Source: Raillietiella orientalis (Eukaryota). From it: DNA of 64,000 nt. The position numbers and the translations under genes were made by a program. The DNA lies in NCBI GenBank assembly GCA_036172245.1, contig JAYWIR010000042.1, positions 248,001-312,000 of the forward strand, read 5' to 3'. Positions 13,241 to 24,500 of the stretch are shown one piece after another. Each line of letters starts with the position of its first letter. Position 1 is the first letter of the stretch. A model generated the notes under the pieces. The model was given only the letters and a program-made list of their open reading frames with translations, did no database searches and was not told the DNA's origin.

Positions 13241-16200
13241 GTGAGTCTCGCATTGGTACAAGAGACGGTGGCTGAACGATTAAGGACTCCCTTCCTGGAT
13301 TCCATCCGCGCAGGCTTCCTCAAAACACGCGAAACGGCTGCTCTTTGGTCCATCTTTACGCGAGATCTCGAAGGGCGGAAAAGTTTCGCCTCCTCCCCCC
13401 ATCCCGGAATAAGGAGCTGTGGCTCGAGGGCCTTGCGGCGACGTCGCAAGGGTCAGCTCGCCCTGCGGATGCGTGTGGACGTGCAAGGCGCGGCAAATTG
13501 CGACGCGATGCAGTACATTAATCCACGAGGACGGAATCGTGTGCCCTCATGGCTTAATCAATGAATGGATGCATCGCTTCCTCTATTATTAATTGCTTTC
13601 GAGCTCCTCAGCCAGTCAGTCATTTGTTTCAGCATGATGATAAACAAGTTTAAAGATCACTTTTATTTTGTTCCGGAGAACTCGCTTGACAAGCAGCTGA
13701 CTTCTTCGTGTGCTAATTAACATCCGGCCCGAACACGTGGGATTAACGTGACGACATGTTTTCGTAACAATGAACATCGGAAAGGACTATCAAAGCGCGC
13801 GTCTTCTTCGCTGTCACGCGAATGCTGATTTTTCCTTTTTTCCAGAAGTTTACCCGAGAGAAAATACACATTCACACATAGGTATGTGTGAAAAAAAAAA
13901 AAAAAAGAAAAAAGAAAAACAAAGCAAGTGGATCAGACTCCCGGCAGGGTGTTTTTGATGCGATTTAAATGGATGTCACGCTGCTTTTCAATCCTTCCCC
14001 TAGATAAGCCCCGATGGAACAAAACCGAACTCAAGAAGATGACGGGATTCCAGAGACGCGTGACCTTTGCGGACAACTTGCCGTCCACAGGAGTGGAAAA
14101 TTTCCAGCCAGAATGCTAGGGCCGTGTCTATTTTCCCTGTGGACACGTGTGGATCGTTGAATTCGCGAACATCTGACAGATCGTCCTCATTACCATGGGC
14201 TTCGGTACTCGAAGAACGGTTCCCTCATGATGCATGCTGTTAATTAAAAGTCACCCGCTCTGAGCCAGCTGCGAATGCCAACGTTCTCTCCGTGCAAGAG
14301 CTGCTGCGGTGGAAGAATGTGCTCGGAACGGAAGTACTTGCGTCGTCTCCTTCCCCGAACATACCTTCAAGCGGGCTTACCATCGGTGTGCTTCGCGCAG
14401 CATCCCAATAATTCACTGCCGATGACGGTTTCGTTCGAACCCGTAATCGGACCCGGAGGCTGACGTGGACGCAAATCACAAAGTTTTTGTCACCGCAGTC
14501 GGAGAAATTGCTGGCGAACGACAGGGCGCGGAAAGGCTCGTCGCCGATTCCACGCTCTTCGCTGCTCTTCCAGCGCTCCGTGCTCTTTTGGGCGTGCAGC
14601 GGAGATCGCGTCTTTCATCGACACCTGCCACCGCTAGTAGGAACGTTCTTTCTCTTCTCCCCTCCCCTCGTCCTCCCCCTTTTTCCCTTTGTTTCGGCCT
14701 TCCCGGTCTTCCGTCTACCCTCTCCGGTGCTCGTCGAAGTTCCGTGTTCGTCCTCCCGCGATGGCCGCAAACGTACTTGAGCCGACGACGTTGTCGTTAT
14801 CCATTCTCCGAGCAGGCAGCATCCGGAGTGGACCAGGAGGGGTAATCCCGAGCTGTCAAAAGCCTACGGTCGTTCGAGAAGTTCGTGCGAAAGACGTCAC
14901 TCGGGAATGAAGCAGAAGGTACGACGTCCCGGCGAAAGAAAAATAAGGAAGAAGAAAAGAAGAGGAAAACGAAGATTCTGGAGGCAGAATATGGATCCTG
15001 AGGTGTGCATCCTCTCCCTCCCCTTCACACACACACCCCCTCCCCACCTTCCGCGCAGGTGGTTGCATCGTCCGTCCACAGAGTCGTCCCGTGGTCTCGT
15101 CCCTCTGCATAGGGAACACGTGGAAGAACGGGTTTCCTCAGTTTTTGGGGTTCTACGCGGAGGAGCGGGGGAGCAGCTCGCGGGTCCGGTCGAGGTTTTC
15201 CCGCTCTTGCGTGAGGAGATGCACGGAGAGTTGATAGGTCTCGTCCTAAAAATAACCCGCAACGAGTCGAGCTGTGTGTCGGTTCTACCACAGGAAGCGC
15301 ACAGGAAAAAAGATGGTATCGATTTCTCCTCCGATCGCTTTTTCTCTTCTTCCCAGCTCGACTTCACTTTTGTCATCACTCGCTGGCATCGTCGATGGAG
15401 GAAGATCAATAGAAGGGGGAGCGAAGGAGAGTCGATCTCCTCTGACTTCCTGGATGGGGAAGAGCGGCGTCGCGTGGTCGAGAGGGTGTGCGCGCGCTCT
15501 CTCATCCGGGGCTCACGTCGGGATCCCGCCTCCATCCTGCCCATCTCTTCCGAAGAGGCGACTCGTCCGCACCGGAGATCCGCTTCTGGCGCGAACGCCC
15601 TGCCCCCCGCTGGAAAATCGTGAAATCTCCAGAGAAATTCCATTTCGGGGCAGCAAAGCCACAGGGAGGAGCGTTCGGATGCCTGGGGGTGGGGTGGGGG
15701 TGGGGAGTCGAAGAGACCGGGCATCTTCCAGCCCCACGTGTGTTTCGCCCCCTCAGGGTCCTCGATGGCTTCTGGAGTGGGCAAAGACCATCTCGGGAGG
15801 AGCAAAGCTTCTGAGAGGACGTCCCGGCGCGATCCCCGCGTGCAGTCTAGGAGAGGGGGGTTCCTAGAAAGGCGTCCTCTGGGAACGTTCAAGAGCGTCG
15901 GGATGCCAGAGGCTTCTTCCGGTCACGTGGCAGCAGGCGAGACGCTGCTGTCTGGGAAAGGAAGCGCGAACTGAGCGCCGGGCGCGCTAGGGATGCAGAA
16001 ATAGAAATACAGGGACCGGGATAAACAGCGCATCAGCTGGTGCCCGGCTTTCGCCGCGAGCCACAGGTAAAACCAGGCCGGAGGATACGGCACTGCTGCG
16101 GAGCCATCGCTCGAAGCAGCTCTTGACGTCGCCTGGAACGGTGAAATGGAGAAGGGAATCGCCGGCGCCTCCCTTCCCCCCTCTTTCCTTTTGGTTGACT

Positions 16201-19200
16201 CCACTCCGGAGCAAAGGCTGCCGCCTTCGCCGCAAGCAGTGACGGCGCACCGGTGGCTCTTCCGGCCAGGACCGACGGCTCCACTGCGAGCTTGCCTGGA
16301 CGCTTGCGTTGATACCGGATCCCGCGACTTCTCGCCGCCTGGAGACGGCCAGGAGAGCCCTCGGTCCGAAAGAGGACTCCTCGCATCCGAAGGAGCAAGA
16401 GAGGAGGAACACACGCACGGAACGAAGCGAAAAAGAAAAAAACGTGGGATCTTCGTGGAATCTGGACAAATCCCGGAAGGTCTTGAAAAGCCCGCGCGGC
16501 CCTAGGAGTGAAGTGGTCCGGGAACGTGGAGGATGCTCATGAGATGCTTTGACGATGGAAGCGGAACGTAAACAAGGAGGAGGAGGATGTTTACCGAGAG
16601 CAGGGAGCCTTCCCGCGTGTGGAAGGAGGGGGGGGGGAGGGGAGACTTCGTCCGGGGAGGTGCGCCAGGGATAAGGGCAATCTGCCGAGAAGGAAAGCAA
16701 AGGGAAGGTGAGCGCCCATCTACCCTCACTGCCCGTCACTCGCATGTCCTCTGAGCAGGGCAGCAGGAGGAGCTGTCCTTCCTACCCCTCGCCCCACTCA
16801 CCCACCTGAGAATCTCCCTCATTTTTCCGCCTTCTCCGGAGTATATGTATATGTACCTGCTTCGGCGGAACATATACTCCTGGGTGCGACCGTGGCGGCA
16901 CGCATCCAGCCCCCCCTATCCAACAAGGGAGTTCGTGGTGCTCTACTTTTCTCAATGTCCTCTCCCGCCCTTCCGGGTGAGCACTTTCTCTGCCGATCTC
17001 CCGTCACTTCGGTGAGTCCGGGAGGAGGCATGAGGGGAGGAAGGGCTGGAGGCGGGAAAGGGTTGAGGGGTCGAGAGGCGGGGTATCCTGCCGCCTGTCC
17101 TTCCGTTCGGTTGCGGCCTGCGTGATTGGCCGCGAGGGCCAAAATGAGGAGGCCCTTCACCCGGAAGAAGAAGCGCGGCGCGTGTCGACTCCGCCCTGCG
17201 GTTCTGCCGGCGGCTCTCCTACGTAAGGTCGGCCAAGGACACCCTTGTTCGCTCTTCCCTCTGGTCGAGAACGCCCCTCCGTTGCTTCGGCCCGCGGTCA
17301 GCCGCCATCCTTTGCTTCTCTCTCCTTCATCTTGCTTTCTCCTTTTCTCTCCTCCCCTCTGCCGCCAACACCCGGATCTCTGCACCACCCAGGGTCCGTG
17401 GGAGTATCGGCTGCCGGAACTCCACCCTGCCTGGGAACAGAGAGACCGCGTTTAGGCTCGCCTTCCGACAACCCCTCTTGCGGAGGGAAGGGGCCGGGCT
17501 GATCCATCGGTCCAGAGCGTTCTCCTCTTTATCCCCGCGACTGTGACGCAGAGAGAGTGGTCTTCAAAAGTGGGGGTGAAGGAAGCCCATCTTCAGTGTT
17601 GGGGCTCAAGGCGAGGAAGGGGTGGCAGTGGGGACGAGGGAGGTCGGACAGATGAGGAACGGCAGCCGACGGTGGATGACCTCCCGTCGCCTAGCAACTC
17701 ACTAGTCAGTTTAGGGAAGAACTGACCTCTGAGGTGGGTTTTCGTAAGCATGGAGTCGTGCTCAGAAAAGCGAAGCAGGGCGCCGACCATGGGTCACCTT
17801 CTTCTATATCTGGAGACCCGCTTTAGGGAGGGGACAGGGTCAGCGGTGGGATTTTCCTCGGTCAGCGTGGCTGCGTCCTGCTTTCCAGAACGACGTGCCT
17901 TGGGAGCGGGTGCCATGGGGCGATCCTAGGGAGGGAGGCTGTTACGATTCGGTTCTGCTGATCCAGAAGCTCGTGATGACGGTCATACGATACCGTTCCT
18001 ATACCTCTCCTTCCTCTCCTCGAGAGAAGGACCGTGGGTCATGGTTTTCGGCCAATGGGCGGCATCGATCGCTCGTGCCAGGGTCACTTGTTTCGAATTC
18101 TCTCCCTAGAAAACAACTTTGGTATCGTTGTACAGGACGTCCTCCACGCGGTCATCTTCTCCAGGTCAGTCAGTGTAGCCCGCTAAAGACCAGACACAGA
18201 ATCTCTGACGCAGCTGACGAGCGCCAGAGATTCTGCTGCCGTTTCGTTTCGGACCACCACGGTTCGTGCGGACGCTCTGAGACCACCTCTGTGCTCTCTT
18301 TCTTTAAAGGAACGCGAGCGCGTGGCATCCAAGGGTGTCGATGTCTGCCTCGGAAAGGTGAACGCGAGCGGGAATGGCGGAGAAGAGGAGAGCGAAAGCC
18401 ATCTCCCTGCCGCCGGAGGAGCTTCGCGAATCCGTAACCAAGGGGATCTGCAGTCTCTGCATCACGTCGGCAGCGCGAAGGAATGCAGGAAGGGGGGATA
18501 GAAGGAAGGAGGGGGAGAAAGAAGTACAAACTCTGGTTAGCTCCCCTTGTATCGCGTTTGCAGTAGCATGTGCTCTTTTCTGTCGCCCTCTTTTCTCGCC
18601 GTAACTTCCACGACTTTCTAGACGGCGCTCCCCTTGCTGTAGTGAAAGAGGAGAACCTGCGACGGTGCAGCGGTAACTGCGCTCTTTCGACGACGAGTAT
18701 GAAGAATCTTCTCTGGATCGGCACGAGTGCGGCCGCTACTAGCCGTCGGCCTGCAGATGGCGCGCTCCTGAATCGTCGGCATCTCCACCCCACTTTGGGC
18801 GTTCCGTCGCGTGCTCCTTTCGCTCTTCGGACGGGCCGCTTCCAGCACCCCCATCCCACTCCAAACAGTCTCCCGCGGAGCGGGAAGCCTCCCGTGATCT
18901 TCTCCGCCTCCCCCATCTTCGGTAGGGACGTCTCTCGTTCAGACCGGAACGGCGCTGCTGTGTCGCCCTCTTTGGAAGATAGGGAAAGTCATTGAAAACG
19001 CCTTTTGGGGGAGGCAGTTAAGAGTGTCGCTCAGATTTAACCGGAGACAGGAGGGGAACCAATGTAACTCCTTCCCGTTCCTTTCCTAGAGAAGTTGTTT
19101 GCGTTTCGAAGTCAATCTAGTCGTGCTAGACCCTGATTGTACGTTTCTTTTTCCTCTCCTGAAACATCCACTGGTTTTCTTGATATATATTTTTTTCCTT

Positions 19201-19650
19201 TCCTTTCTTACTGTTGACAGCAGATGTGTATACGTTACACGTTCGTACATGCATGCACACGGCGAACTCTCATAATTTTTTCTCCTTTCCGGAGTGCACA
19301 TCAGATTACTGTCTGTTTCCAGGCGGTGCCAAGCATATATACCAAGAGAGAAACTGCCATCACGCGAAGACGAATTTTGAAATTGAGAAGCGTGCACTTC
19401 GTCAAGCTTCTCGGAAAGAACTCGGAAAGCGATAGCCAAACGATGGTTTTCCATACGGCGATTTCTAAAGGGTTCTCAGAAATTGCACACAGCTTGTAGA
19501 TCAAAGTTCGGTACTGCTGTGCGCAGATTGCATTACGAGGAGCAAGCTGTGCACGTGCATTCCGTGCGATCCTTAACGAGAACATATATTTTTAGGATGC
19601 TAAGTTTGAGCGAAATCAAACTTTAGAACGACAGAGTTACTCCACCCATC

Positions 19651-19877
19651 CAACAATGCAAGGGTCGATTTACCTTGACGACCAACAGTGTAGCGGCTGA
19701 TTTACCTTGACGACCAACAGTGCAACGGTTGCTTTACTATTGCGGCCAATCGATGCAACGGTTGATTTACCCTGACGGCCAACAATGCAACGGTTGATTT
19801 ACTCTCAATGCAACGGTTGATTTGCTCTGACAGCCAACAATGCAGCGGTTGATTTACTCTGACGGCCAATCAATGCA
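19651..19877. repeat. Minisatellite, ~7 diverged copies of a 32-bp unit (approx. CAACAATGCAACGGTTGATTTACYYTGACGRC)
   Basis: Directly visible head-to-tail units without spacers. Confidence 0.92.
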
Positions 19878-21489
19878 TCCATCTCGCGATTAACAGTGGG
19901 ACATTTACTGCATTGCATTTTTGTTGATTACATTCATGCGATTACACACAAATGCACAGGGGCGACTCCCACCTGTTCTCTTCAGCTCGTGCTCGTAACG
20001 GGGCCACATCGAGTTAAAATTCCCAACCAACATGGGAACCGCTGATTTGGACTTTGCTATCAACAGGAAGCAGTCGAGATGATTAAAGTAAGTTTGGTTG
20101 ATTAAAGTAAAGTTCCTTCAGCAGACCGCGAAATGCTAAGTGTTTGCTCGCTCCATTTCGAAGTCACCACTGTGTTATCGCATTCGAATAGCTAAGGATC
20201 GCTTCTGGTTCCATCATATTTCATTCCATTTGTGATTTTTTTTTTTTTTTTTTTAATGTCGTTTCGTTATGTTTCTGGATCCTCTTCGGAACTCTTGATT
20301 GGCTCTCTAAAAGAGTTGGAAGTAGTCCCTTCTGTGTGTGTGGAACTTTGCGACGGCAAGGCAATGCAGTCGTTCGCCTTTCAAGTTTGCTCCGCAGCAG
20401 GAATTCGAAAGACAACACTGACGTGGTGCGCTTTTTGTCTTCCAGAACTGGACTCCGGAAACATGCCGGAAGCGTTTCTTCGTTTCTCCGGAAGATCACA
20501 GAGCAGTTGAACAGAACAAGGAGAACCACTACACCACACGCTTCAAGGACCTCTTTACGATCTGCCTATTTGTGTAAGAAAGCCTCTCTCTAGATGAAAA
20601 TGACCGAGTGGAGCGGGAATAGGGTGGTTCACGTCGGTCTTCTTCGTCCCTCGTTTCGTTCGTCATCCGTGGTGCGGTCGGCACCGCGGGTCGTAAAGGA
20701 AACGCTTCCTCGAGAGAACCTTCAGCGGGTTGGTTGGCTGCAACTCTCTTAAGCGGGCGCGGAAGTGCACAGTCCAGGAACGGAGAAACGCACGCCAGGA
20801 AGCGGTGGTGCCGCACTTCCGGAAGTGCAAAAGCGTCATCTTCGTAACGAAGAAACCGACTTTTGCTTTAACGCGGGAGTCTGAGATGAAGGAGGGGGGC
20901 GTGCGCGGCGCCCTCCTAAATGAAAACCGTCCGCTATGGACGATTGGCACGCGGACACGCACGCGTTCCTGTGTGTCCTCTGGAGCGGCGGGGTTTTTGC
21001 GCAACCGAGCCAGGGAGAGCGCGGTCCCTAACGTGGGCATGGCACCCGGGATGGCCGAACAAACGAACGGGCTGCAAACGGTGCCGCACGTGGCTCGGCG
21101 AAGGAAGGCGACGCGCGAACGAGGAGGAAGAGAGAGCAGGAGATGGTGGTAACGGCCGCTTGCGGAAAGAATCTCTTGGGAAGCCGCGCGCCTCCCAGTC
21201 GGTTCGGGACGTTCCCAAGTGGGGCGGTCTCCGTCACCGAGGAGGATTCCTCGCAGCCTGGGATGTGGGATAAAAGGAGAAGGGGGTGGGGTGGCGCAAA
21301 GGTAGAGCAAGAAGCAGGCGCCGCTCGGTTGATGCTGGGTCCCTTCGGTGGGTGCACCGCTCGTTCGCTCCCCTCGGAGCCGTCCTACTCTGACGCTTCC
21401 CTTCTCGTTCCGTGCCAGGCTCTGGATGCAGCATCTCGGCTTCACCTGGAGTCGATCCAGACGATCAGCGGAGCCCACCGGAGTCGAAG

Positions 21490-21580
21490 ATGCCCAGCAG
21501 TGAAGACTTCGTCTTCGAGCTGCAGGCGCAGCTGCTGGAGAACTGCACCAAGCTGAACGCAACCGACCCGCTTCCCACAG
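21490..21580 (+). CDS. Receptor coding exon 1 (MPSSEDF...ENCTKLNATDPLPT). The exon probably starts at 21419
   Basis: Pyrimidine tract and AG at 21417-21418, ATG at 21490, donor CAG|GTGAGC at 21581. Supplies the first ECD cysteine and two N-glycosylation sequons, and phase 1 matches the next exon. Confidence 0.75.
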
Positions 21581-24500
21581 GTGAGCGGAGAGGGACCGGG
21601 AGGGAGGAGTTCGGGAGCCCTTCGTCTCCCCAGCGCTCTTTCGGGGCGGTGCCTCTGCCTGGCCGAGCGGGAGAGGAGCACCTGCCTGCGGCTCTCTCGC
21701 CCTAAACGGGAAATTCCGTGCTGAGATGCGGCTGAGGAAAGGGGTGAGGGGCACGGCCTCTCTGGCACGAGAGCACGTGGGTGCCCTTTTCTCCTACCCT
21801 CACGCTTCCCACTCATGTCGGTCTGGAGGGGAAGCCCGCAGGGGCAGTCGCACCCGCTCGACAAGCTGGCAGGCTCGACTCGACCCACCACGGAAGCAAA
21901 GAGTTGCCGGCTGTCGATTGCTCCCTGCTTCGTCTCGGAGCCTCTCCACTTCCGCCTCTGAATCCCACCCGTACCCCCACCTTGCTTCCTGCAGGTGCGG
22001 TCTCGGGCATCGCCTGTCATCGACCGCGGGCACCTTGTCGGTAGCTCTTGCCTTCTGCGTGGCGAAGGCAAGTGGACGTAGGTTCCTCCTCCTGCTGATA
22101 CTCCTCTTTGGGGGGAAGGAAGAGCAGTGGGCGGAGTCCGGAGTCAGATAGAGAAAGAAGAAAACCACCTCTCAGGAATGGGTGGTGCCTCTGGGCACCT
22201 TTCTGGGAGTACGGTGTCGCCTCCTCCTCCCGTCTCTCCCATATTCGCGAAGGATACTCCCACTGGGAAAGGGGGTCTCCGACGCTCATGGAGAAGGGGC
22301 ACTGGATGGTCCGCGGAGAGAGGAAGTGACCTGGGAGGCGGTCGCGACCTTAGGCAGCCCCAGCTCGAGGAGGTGTTTGGGGACTTGAGGGGCGACCACT
22401 CGTCCAGGATTCGGGGAGTCCACGGTGCGCTCAGGCGCGTCCCAAGGTGGGCTGAAGGAAGGGCTCGCTTCCCCCTTTGACGTCTCCCTCCGGAAGGCGG
22501 GAGGGGAGAGCACCCCGTCCATGAATGGACAGAGATCGCGTGTCCGTCCAGCTGCACGGGGGCGGGAGTAGGCGAGGTTTTTGCGTCTCATCCTGATAGG
22601 CGAACACGCGCTGCTGAGGGCACGGCAGGGGCGGTTCAGCCCAGTCGACGGCTACTCTATTGAGATGGATCCTGTATCCTTCCGCGGGGTGAGCTCGAGT
22701 CGGCGCGTAGGTTGACTCGCGGCCGGTCCGTCGCTTTTGGAGGCTCACTGGAGAAAGAGGGAAGTCCTCCATCCCGCCGCCCTTCCCCGGGCCTCCGCCC
22801 GCGGTCATTCAGCTGCTCGGAGGAACGCTCGCGTTGCGCGAGCTCTTTGTGTCCCTGCGCTGCTGGTCGACCGGTCTTCCCTCCTTCCCCCCCACTATAC
22901 GGGTTTTCCTTGAGCGAGCTCTGAGAATTGGATCACACACTCAGCCGTTCCCTTCAGCTTACATGAGACCGGCTGCGGAGGCACCCCTGACCGATTTTCC
23001 TTCGCGGCTGGAGACTGCAGAGCTTCCTCTAAGAGAACGCGCCGTCGTCCGACGCGCTCCAACCGTCGCCACGTGTGAGAGGCACCTGCGCAGGAGGACG
23101 TTTCTGGCTGACCGACCGGAGGCTTTCCCTCCATCCCGGAAGCACTGCTCCGCAGCTAGGAGGCACGCGCGTTCGGAAAAGCGCCCCGGACCGATGAAGC
23201 AGCTCGAAGGCGCGGGCAATGCCATAGTCAGGCGAACGCCTGCCCTTCTGGTGGGGGCTGATAGGGGAGGGGTGAGGACCCCGCGCCTTCCAGCAGCATC
23301 CGATCCGCTCCTCTCCTGCCGCTCTCCGTCCGCCTGGGAGAGAGCCCTGCGGAGGGATTGGAGACGTGGCTTCGCCGAGGGATGGACGCACTCCGGGGCA
23401 GACGCTGACCCGCTTCCCGTTGTTGCCCGTCGGACGATCGCGGAAGGGGTGAAGGGAGTGATTGGAGGACGCCCGGCTCCCGGAGGACCGTCTTGATGCG
23501 AGACTGTGCATCCTCGTTCAAAGGATGCGCCCCACCCCGGTCAGCTCGACCTCATGCGTTCCCTCCTCTCGCCCATGCTTGCGGGGGAGAGCCTCCACCG
23601 CCGTTCCGTCTCCCGGTTATCCTCCCCCTCCGGGGGAGGAGGTGGAAATCCCGGCTGAAACTTGGAGAGGTTCCAGGGGACCTTCTGAGACGTGGGGTAG
23701 TACCACTTCTGCTGCAGAACGTGGCTCTATTGCTCTCTTGCGACGTTCCCGCGATCCGCGGGCTGTCCTCTGACTCCCTCTTCCTGAGAGAGCTCGGGGC
23801 ACCCCAACTGCGTTGCGCGAAGGTCTGTTCGCATCCCGGAGGCTCGAGAAACTTGCGTTCTGAGCTGCAGCTGGACCTTGAGAGGAGGATTGGCCGACCA
23901 CGGAAAGGAAAGAGTGAGGAAAGGGAAGGCGACTCCCGGATGAGCTTCAGACGTCCTTTCGTTTTGCCGTCTTCAGGAAGGTTTTCAAGAGCACCCTCCA
24001 GCCATACCGGAGCACGTGGAGACCGTCATAGCGGACGGGTCCCCGTGTGGTACGAAGATCCTGTCGCTGCTGGGTCCACCGATGCCAGCGGGCGTGCTCA
24101 ATCTTTCTGGGATCGCGGAGTCCTTGTCCCTATGCGACCAAGAGCTGGACGACCCGGAGCTGCAGTCCGAAGCTGGAAGCCCATCGGGAAGGAGCGAGGC
24201 AGGAAAAAGGATGCGCGTTCTTGCGCTCTTTTCCTCTCGTTCCATTTGCTTGCCTGTTCGCTTCAGAACCCACAAGAGCGCTTGTTGCCCTACTGGAGAG
24301 AGGCACGAGACTGAGGGACAACGCCCATTGGCCTCACCGGAAGGCGGTGCGTTCCCGGCAGGAGAGGTCGGTTTCCGCCAAGGCGGTGATCACAGGAGTT
24401 GCCTCGCGCAAATTTGCTGGAGGCAGTCCGATGGGATCGTCAGCTGGGAAAGAGGCGAGCAGGGTTGCCAGGTGCCTCTTGCGCCAGACAGATGGGAATC

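Noticed and set aside
17540..18000. Further LINE remnants here and near 15080-15450, 27400, 37100-37480, 39400-39800 and 43260-43700
   Set aside because: One or two weak motif echoes each. They are plausible but too poorly supported to list as features.
19651..19877. CRISPR array (32-bp repeats)
   Set aside because: Units are contiguous with no unique spacers, no cas genes are present and the context is eukaryotic.
20663..21754. 363-aa minus ORF and other long ORFs (8061-8882, 12320-13219, 14897-15892)
   Set aside because: Low-complexity R/P/S/G translations, several frames open at once and no host-protein domain motifs. These are expected in GC-rich DNA.
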